Source: Synechocystis sp. PCC 6803 substr. PCC-P (GTDB lineage: Bacteria; Cyanobacteriota; Cyanobacteriia; Cyanobacteriales; Microcystaceae). Taken from it: a DNA stretch of 32,000 bases. The DNA is taken from the NCBI RefSeq assembly GCF_000284455.1, contig NC_017039.1:60001-92000 (forward strand), read 5' to 3'. This document shows positions 26,159 through 32,000 of the stretch, in pieces (the stretch's first letter is position 1; each line of letters starts with the position of its first letter). The position numbers were made by a program, and so were the translations under genes. The notes beneath the pieces are model-generated. The model saw only the letters and a list, made by a program, of their open reading frames with translations, had not been told where the DNA came from and did not search any database.

Positions 26159-27418
26159 ATGACTCACTTTGGTTTGCTCTGTCCAGCAACGACGGGTCAT
26201 CTCAATACCATGTTGCCCTTGGGTAAGGAACTGCAACAGCGGGGTCATACTGTGACCATGTTTGGGGTGCTAGATGCCCAAGCCAAAACCCTAGCGGCCG
26301 GTTTGAATTTTCAGGCGATCGCCACAACGGAATTTCCCTTGGGAGCCCAGGCAGAATTTATGGCTGAGTTGGGCAAACTCAGTGGCATTAAAGCTTTGCA
26401 ATACACTGTGGCCAAAATCACCCAGAAAGCGGCGGCCTTCTTTGAGGAAGCCCCTGGGGTCATGGCCAAAGCCGGTGTGGAAGTTTTATTAGTTGATCAA
26501 GTTTCCCAAGAAGGGGGCACCATTGGCGATCGCCTGGGTATTCCCTTCATCAGTATATGTAGCGCTGTCGTACTTAATCGAGAGCCCACCATACCGCCCT
26601 ATGCCACCCCTTGGCCATATGATCCTAGCTGGTTGGGACAATTGCGGAATCGCCTTGGCTATGGACTTTTAAATCGGGCCACTAAACCGATTACAGCGTT
26701 AATTAATGACTATCGTCAGCGTTGGAATTTACCCGCCCAATCTAGCCCCAATGACCGTTATTCCCCACTAGCACAAATTAGTCAGCAACCGGCAGCGTTT
26801 GAATTTCCTCGGGAATGTTTACCAAGCCGTTTCCATTTCACTGGCCCTTTTCACAGCAATGTGGGGCGAGATATAGCTGATTTTCCTTGGGAGCAATTGA
26901 CCGATCAGCCCATAATTTATGCCTCCCTTGGTACTATTCAAAATCAGTTAATGAGCACCTTTAAAATCATTGCCGAAGCCTGTATGGATTTGGATGCCCA
27001 ATTGATTATTTCCCTGGGGGGAGCCAAGCTAGAATCAATGCCCGCACTACCTGGTAATCCCCTCGTTGTTAATTACGCTCCCCAACTGGAACTTCTGCAA
27101 AGAACAGCCCTTACCATTACCCACGCTGGGCTCAACACCACGTTGGAATGCCTCAATAATGCAGTACCCATGGTGGCCATTCCCATTGCCAATGATCAAC
27201 CGGGAGTAGCGGCCAGAATTGCCTGGGCTGGAGTGGGGGAATTTATTCCCTTGAGTAAATTGAATACGAACAATCTGCGGGCAGCCCTTGAAAAAGTCCT
27301 CACTGAAGATTCTTATAAAAGAAATACTCTCCAGCTTCAACAAGCAATTAAAACTGCTGGAGGTCTTACTAAAGCGGCGGATATTATTGAGCAGGTAACA
27401 GCGGAGGCCATGGGCTAA
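26159..27418 (+). CDS. GT1-family UDP-glycosyltransferase (MGT / zeaxanthin-glucosyltransferase-like)
   Basis: C-terminal nucleotide-sugar motif THAGLNTTLECLNNAVPMVAIPIANDQP and N-terminal GHLNTMLPLGKEL. ATG at 26159. Confidence 0.85.
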   Translation: MTHFGLLCPATTGHLNTMLPLGKELQQRGHTVTMFGVLDAQAKTLAAGLNFQAIATTEFPLGAQAEFMAELGKLSGIKALQYTVAKITQKAAAFFEEAPGVMAKAGVEVLLVDQVSQEGGTIGDRLGIPFISICSAVVLNREPTIPPYATPWPYDPSWLGQLRNRLGYGLLNRATKPITALINDYRQRWNLPAQSSPNDRYSPLAQISQQPAAFEFPRECLPSRFHFTGPFHSNVGRDIADFPWEQLTDQPIIYASLGTIQNQLMSTFKIIAEACMDLDAQLIISLGGAKLESMPALPGNPLVVNYAPQLELLQRTALTITHAGLNTTLECLNNAVPMVAIPIANDQPGVAARIAWAGVGEFIPLSKLNTNNLRAALEKVLTEDSYKRNTLQLQQAIKTAGGLTKAADIIEQVTAEAMG

Positions 27419-27535
27419 ATTTTGCAGGTTTCAACATTGGGAAATCTTGTCTCTTTACAACGAAGAATTTGATATGGGTAAGAATTTCAAGAAATATTTT
27501 AAAGTTCACCCCAGGAACATTACCGCCGTCTAAAA

Positions 27536-27910
27536 CTATTTGCCCCAAATCATTTTCAGGGCAATGACTAACATTGCTCCCCCAAAAATCCGCCCCAGTA
27601 ATTCGTTAGAAATATTGGTGGCTACCCTAGCGCCAAACAAACTACCAAGCACAAATCCCAGGCAAATTAGTACCGCCACTTTGATGTCCACGTCCCCCTT
27701 TTGGTAGTAGGTCCAGGCCGCCGCTAAACCAATGGGAGGCACCATGAGGGCGAGGGTGGTGCCCTGGGCTAAATGTTGGCTAAAACCAAAACCGAATACT
27801 AGCACTGGCACAATGATCAATCCACCGCCGATACCAATCAGGCCGCTGGCAAAGCCGGCTATTAAACCTAGAGCAATAAAACTAATAATAGTAAAAGTGT
27901 TAATGGCCAT
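27536..27910 (-). CDS. Half-size TSUP (TauE/SafE-type) membrane protein
   Basis: 124 aa with four glycine-rich hydrophobic helices (GLIGIGGGLIIVPVLVF...). Typical family members are about twice this length. An in-frame stop lies upstream of ATG 27910. Confidence 0.72.
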   Translation of the reverse strand: MAINTFTIISFIALGLIAGFASGLIGIGGGLIIVPVLVFGFGFSQHLAQGTTLALMVPPIGLAAAWTYYQKGDVDIKVAVLICLGFVLGSLFGARVATNISNELLGRIFGGAMLVIALKMIWGK

Positions 27911-28016
27911 CTTTGCTGGATAGAGTAAATAGGAAATTTTTCGTTCCAGTGTATGGCTAATCTGGGTCCAGGTTTTGACAATCTATCAAAGTGACGTCTA
28001 GAGGTGCTCTAAAAGC

Positions 28017-28661
28017 CTAGATTGGGCCGATGTTTTCCAGGGTCCAAAGGATGCGTTCCCCCACGATCGCCTCTGGTTCTTGTTCTACAAAAGACTGGAG
28101 AAAATCCTTTAGGGGTTGGCGGTAATGCTGGGCCTGCTTGGCTAAATTTTCCAGACCGGCGATCGCCCCGTAGCGTACCACCCATTCAGGATCTTCACAA
28201 ACTTGGATCAGAGTGTCGTAAATGGCTTTTTGTACTGTCTCTTGTTCTTCCTGGGGTAGGGATTGCCAACGGAGAAAACCCAGTCCCTTGGCCGCCGCCC
28301 GCCGCACACTCAAGGCAAAATCCGTCAGGGCCGCTTCCTGCAATAGGGCCAATGCCCTGGGGTCGCCGATGCCAGCACAGGCTCTGGTGGCCCAGGCCCT
28401 AGCGCCATAATTGTAGCCATCCATATTGGCCAGCAAGTGAGTCATGGCCGCATCGCCGATTTGGATCAGCCCATCCACCGCCGCCACCGCTGCCCCTGGA
28501 TTGTTGTAGCGCAACACCGTGGTTAATTGGGGCACTGCCAACGGCGATCGGGTGGCCGCCAAAGCCCGCACAGCCCCCACTAATTTGGCTGCCGAGTCTG
28601 CGGTTTCCACCGCTTGGATCAATCTTTCGATTTCTGGAGTTACGACGCTATTACCCTCCAT
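28017..28661 (-). CDS. cpcF: HEAT-repeat phycobiliprotein lyase subunit, CpcF-like
   Basis: PBS-lyase HEAT-like repeats (AVRALAATRSPLAVP, AAVDGLIQIGDAA, RACAGIGDPRAL, AAKGLGFL, YGAIAGLENL). At 214 aa it fits CpcF. The assignment also rests on my memory of this locus. Confidence 0.72.
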   Translation of the reverse strand: MEGNSVVTPEIERLIQAVETADSAAKLVGAVRALAATRSPLAVPQLTTVLRYNNPGAAVAAVDGLIQIGDAAMTHLLANMDGYNYGARAWATRACAGIGDPRALALLQEAALTDFALSVRRAAAKGLGFLRWQSLPQEEQETVQKAIYDTLIQVCEDPEWVVRYGAIAGLENLAKQAQHYRQPLKDFLQSFVEQEPEAIVGERILWTLENIGPI

Positions 28662-28817
28662 GGTTTAGCCCCTGAAGCCTACGCTAATGACAGTGAACCA
28701 CCTTAACATTGGTTTGACCCCAACCCCTGCACAAATACCTGGTATTGACAGGCGCTGAGCTATTCCCAGCCCTTAGCCATGGATCGTAGACGAAGTTTCT
28801 CTCTTATCAGAGCTGAA

Positions 28818-30506
28818 TTAATGGGCCAAATGCGCCGCCGGGTCTAATTCCTCCAGGATGGTGAACTGCACATGATTAATCGCCAACTCACCAATGGAAA
28901 CCACCTGCTTATTGACGGGAATGCCCTGACTCAATAATTGCTCAAAGGGTACATCCTTGGCGGTTTCGGCATGGTACCAAGCCAAACCCATAAAGAAACG
29001 GGTGGGGTACGGGCCACCGTCATTGGTGTCGTCGGGGTTAGATTCCATGGGCAACCAACCAATGCCAGGTAAATAAAATTCAAACCAAACATGGTTGAAG
29101 TCCGGCTCCATAGGCAAATTACGCTGGAGGGGATGGGGTGGACATTTATAGCGGCCAGCGGTGCGGCAAGCAATGCCATTCAAACGAGCTAGGGCTAACA
29201 AAACTCCCACATATTCCCCACAGGAACCGACCCCCCGGCGGAGAGCTAAGTCAGGGGTATCAATATGAGGTTTTATGCCGTAGGAAAGGCGATCGTAGAC
29301 ATAGTTCCGGATATTGAACATTTGGCGGAGGAGGTTGGTTTCCCGACCGATCGCCTCGGCCGCCGCCCGGATAATAATGTCCGTTTCCATGCTGAGGTTG
29401 TCGTTATCCACCAGGTAACGGTCGGCAAAACCCTCAGGTAAGGCGGGAAGATGCTCACAATCACTGGGTTTCAGGCGATATTTAATGCCCCATACTTCCA
29501 TTTCCACCCGCCAGCCAAACACGGCCCGACTATCTAAATCAAGCTGGTCAAACTCAAACACCGCCACCTTTTGACCGTTGACATCATCAATGCGGCTAAA
29601 GGGTAAACCCACCGATTCAATTTTGCGAATTCTTTGGCGGGGGGTGACCGCCGGTAGAGCCATGCGCCATTCCACTTGTTTTAAATCAACGGGGTCCAGG
29701 GGGGCCAGCTCCTCAACGTAACGCATCTCCACCAGGTAACCGTTGGAAAAGGCACAGCACTGGTGGGGGTCGTTATAGAAATAGAGGGGATGGATGAAGG
29801 TGGTCTCCCGATACATCAACTCATGGTTAGGATCGGCGTTGGGATTGTCCCGGACGTAGGGTTCCTGTTGTACGTAGGCCACATAGAGGGTCGCTTTCCC
29901 TACGGCTTGATCATCATAAAAAGCCAGGCCAGTGGGGCTTTCAAAGGGGGTAATCAGGCTAAAGTTAATTTCCCCGGTGGCCCGGTCGAGGCAATAGACA
30001 CTCTGTTCAGCACTGTCACAGACCCACAGTTCTTCCCCCCGCACGGTAATGTTTTCCACCCCAATGCCGGGACTGTAAAAAGTCGCCACTAGCTTGCGGG
30101 TATCCCGGCCATAGACCCAGATGTGGCCCCGTTTATGGCAGGTGATGTACACAGTGCTTTCCCAGATGGCCACCCCATTGACTGGGTCATCAAACCAAGC
30201 AAATACCTCGGGCTTGAGGTCTGGCCCCTCCAGATTACAGGTGTACACATACTGTCCTGAGCTAAACCATAACTGCCTGTCGGCGATCGCCAGGCCGGTG
30301 GCCCCGATGAATTCCTGCCAGTACTGGCCATTGAGCAACTTAGTGTTGTTGGTGTAGGGATCGATTTCCAACAGATAACCATTTTTGCTGTCCACAGCCA
30401 AGAGACGCTCTCCATCGAAGACAATGCCATGGATGGAAACAGCGGCCACGGGACGAATGGTTTTTCCCACAAAAGTAGATGAATCGGGCACAGAATCGAC
30501 AACCAT
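28818..30506 (-). CDS. Transglutaminase-like cysteine protease-fold protein with N-terminal beta-propeller-like repeats
   Basis: C-terminal core GVGSCGEYVGVLLALARLNG ... DFNHVWFEFYLPGIGWLPMESNPDD gives a Cys/His/Asp context. The N-terminal ~250 aa carry repeated blade-like strands (LLAVDSKNGYLLEID, GLAIADRQLWFSS, GVAIWESTVYITC, NITVRGEELWVCD). ATG at 30506. Confidence 0.8.
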   Translation of the reverse strand: MVVDSVPDSSTFVGKTIRPVAAVSIHGIVFDGERLLAVDSKNGYLLEIDPYTNNTKLLNGQYWQEFIGATGLAIADRQLWFSSGQYVYTCNLEGPDLKPEVFAWFDDPVNGVAIWESTVYITCHKRGHIWVYGRDTRKLVATFYSPGIGVENITVRGEELWVCDSAEQSVYCLDRATGEINFSLITPFESPTGLAFYDDQAVGKATLYVAYVQQEPYVRDNPNADPNHELMYRETTFIHPLYFYNDPHQCCAFSNGYLVEMRYVEELAPLDPVDLKQVEWRMALPAVTPRQRIRKIESVGLPFSRIDDVNGQKVAVFEFDQLDLDSRAVFGWRVEMEVWGIKYRLKPSDCEHLPALPEGFADRYLVDNDNLSMETDIIIRAAAEAIGRETNLLRQMFNIRNYVYDRLSYGIKPHIDTPDLALRRGVGSCGEYVGVLLALARLNGIACRTAGRYKCPPHPLQRNLPMEPDFNHVWFEFYLPGIGWLPMESNPDDTNDGGPYPTRFFMGLAWYHAETAKDVPFEQLLSQGIPVNKQVVSIGELAINHVQFTILEELDPAAHLAH

Positions 30507-30736
30507 AGACACTAGATGGCAGGACAGTTTAGGCAATTCTACAGCTTAACAAAGGGACCGGTGGAGCAGATGCTCATCACGAACGTTCCCCTCCTACTGT
30601 CCCTAGAGGTCGTGCTACCATGCCGTTAGAATGGAAAGGAGGGCAACAAAAACCACTGTTAAACTGTCCTTCTGTCCTAGGAAAGTGCTTCTGTCTGGGC
30701 ACAATGTTGAGAGAAATTGCCAAAAGGATTGAGACA

Positions 30737-31411
30737 ATGGCTAATAGGATAGGTTCACTAAGTTTGGGTTTACTCACTGCCCTAATGGGGGGAGAGTCCC
30801 TGGTATCCGTGGCGACGGCCGTCCCTTCGGCCCCCCCCCTGGCGATCGCCCAGAATGGAGTTTCCCCTTTGACGGTGGACGTTTTAAAAAACCTGAGCTA
30901 CACCATTCCCGACCAAGGTACATATTCCCTTAACAATGGTGTGTTCGCTGGGGGAACTTTTAGCCTTAATCTGATCAAGCCCATTGCCATTGGGGATGTG
31001 GACCAAGACGGCGACCAGGATGGGGCGGTGATTCTCCGCCGACAGAGTGTAGTTAGTGCCGACGAATTGATCTATCTAGCGGTGGTGACCGTGGAGCCCG
31101 ATGGTTCCCCCACTAACCCTGACACCTATTTCCTTGGCGATCGGGTGCGGGTGCAAAGTTTAGTGGTTAAAAATGGGCAAATCCGTCTCAACATCTTGAA
31201 GCACCAGCCGGGAGATCCCCAATGTTGCCCCAGTGCACTGGTTTCGGAGGCGTATCAGTTGAACAGTGGAGAAGGGACCCTCGCGCCGATCACCCTCAAT
31301 GAACAGCAACGCCAAGAAATTCACATTCAGGATTTACCAAGCCAGGCCCTTCCGGGGGATCAAGACGAGCCATTCCAGCCCTCCCTCGATCAATTCCAAA
31401 TTCAACTCTAG
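30737..31411 (+). CDS. Hypothetical secreted protein
   Basis: ATG at 30737 with signal-like MANRIGSLSLGLLTALMGG...ATAVPSAPPLAIAQ. It has an acidic loop, GDVDQDGDQDGAVIL, and a CC pair (DPQCCPSA). Alternative starts are 30704 and 30620. Confidence 0.55.
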   Translation: MANRIGSLSLGLLTALMGGESLVSVATAVPSAPPLAIAQNGVSPLTVDVLKNLSYTIPDQGTYSLNNGVFAGGTFSLNLIKPIAIGDVDQDGDQDGAVILRRQSVVSADELIYLAVVTVEPDGSPTNPDTYFLGDRVRVQSLVVKNGQIRLNILKHQPGDPQCCPSALVSEAYQLNSGEGTLAPITLNEQQRQEIHIQDLPSQALPGDQDEPFQPSLDQFQIQL

Positions 31412-31516
31412 CCTTTCCATATAGGGAAGTTAACTATTCGTTACCGCTCTTTTACTGAATTTATTGTTGGTTTTACTAAACATTGACCTTTTTCCCAGTC
31501 ACAGCGGAGCTAAACC

Positions 31517-32000
31517 ATGGAAGCCTTTTTTCTCTTCTTTCTCGTCTTCTTCGGATCGGCGATCGGTACATCCGTCAAAATTGTTAACGAAAAAAATGAA
31601 TACCTAGTGGAACGCCTAGGAAGTTATAACAAAAAACTTACCCCAGGGCTGAATTTTACGGTTCCTATTTTGGATCGGGTCGTTTTTAAGCAAACCACCA
31701 GGGAAAAAGTCATCGACATTCCCCCCCAATCCTGTATTACCAAAGACAACGTGGCCATCACCGCCGATGCTGTGGTCTATTGGCGCATTATCGATATGGA
31801 GAAAGCTTATTACAAGGTGGAAAATTTACAGTCCGCCATGGTGAACTTGGTGTTGACCCAAATCCGCTCTGAAATTGGCAAGCTTGAGTTGGACCAAACC
31901 TTCACTGCCCGGACGGAAATTAATGAATTACTACTGCGGGAACTGGATATTTCCACCGACCCTTGGGGGGTGAAGGTTACTAGGGTGGAATTACGGGACA
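31517..32000 (+). CDS. SPFH/stomatin (band 7) family protein, 3' end outside the window
   Basis: This ORF is not in the track because it has no stop inside the window. My own translation from ATG 31517 (GGAG at 31506-31509) gives [55 protein letters not shown]...[29 protein letters not shown]...[12 protein letters not shown], a typical stomatin/HflC-like N-terminus. Confidence 0.88.

Noticed and set aside
27474-27533. A 19-codon ORF (MGKNFKKYFKVHPRNITAV) in the convergent gap between the glycosyltransferase and the TSUP gene.
   Set aside because: It has no SD and no conservation evidence available to me. An ORF of this length is expected by chance in AT-rich intergenic DNA.
1-32000. I scanned for tRNA/rRNA genes (T-loop GGTTCGA-type motifs), CRISPR-like regularly spaced repeats, transposase or integrase ORFs, and long inverted terminal repeats.
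   Set aside because: None was seen on either strand by eye. A computational scan with tRNAscan, Infernal or a CRISPR finder would be needed to exclude small ncRNAs.

Overview
This is a cyanobacterial chromosomal segment, almost certainly Synechocystis sp. PCC 6803 or a very close relative. I counted about 31 perfect HIP1 octamers (GCGATCGC) by eye, roughly one per kb. The gene order matches what I remember as the slr1113-slr1128 / sll1064-sll1049 neighbourhood; that is recollection and needs a BLAST check. The window is densely coding, with about 34 CDS, and is mostly housekeeping or conserved genes: ABC-2 transporter, methyltransferases, tsaB, pilD, adk, dapB, trxC, purL, gmk, cpcF, NUDIX, a membrane fusion protein, a tandem histidine phosphatase, a GT1 glycosyltransferase, a transglutaminase-like protein, and an SPFH protein cut by the window end. 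I found no rRNA, tRNA, CRISPR array, transposase or integrase.

Four things stand out:
1. A 547-bp DUF4160/DUF2442 two-gene cassette lies between purL and trxC. It is bracketed by an exact 17-nt direct repeat that duplicates the last codons of purL and leaves a ghost purL tail plus stop codon. This looks like an insertion scar at a HIP1-centred site.
2. A very AT-rich pair of small helical/coiled-coil ORFs (10016-10935) is fused by an 8-nt gap with a GAGG Shine-Dalgarno motif (SD) to the 3' end of a UPF0182 giant membrane protein gene. That gene is in turn preceded, 4 nt away, by a small membrane protein gene. This four-gene minus-strand unit has no known function and is my best candidate for an undescribed system.
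3. A HIP1-free, lower-GC methyltransferase-DinB-methyltransferase block lies downstream of an atypical ABC-2 pair whose two genes are split by a 311-bp AT-rich spacer.
4. Several unusual architectures occur: a tandem-fused histidine phosphatase, a half-size TSUP (TauE/SafE-type) membrane protein, an orphan membrane fusion protein, a beta-propeller-transglutaminase fusion, a protein with a histone-like basic tail, and a WCGLC thioredoxin.

All functional calls come from motif reading of the supplied translations. No searches were run.
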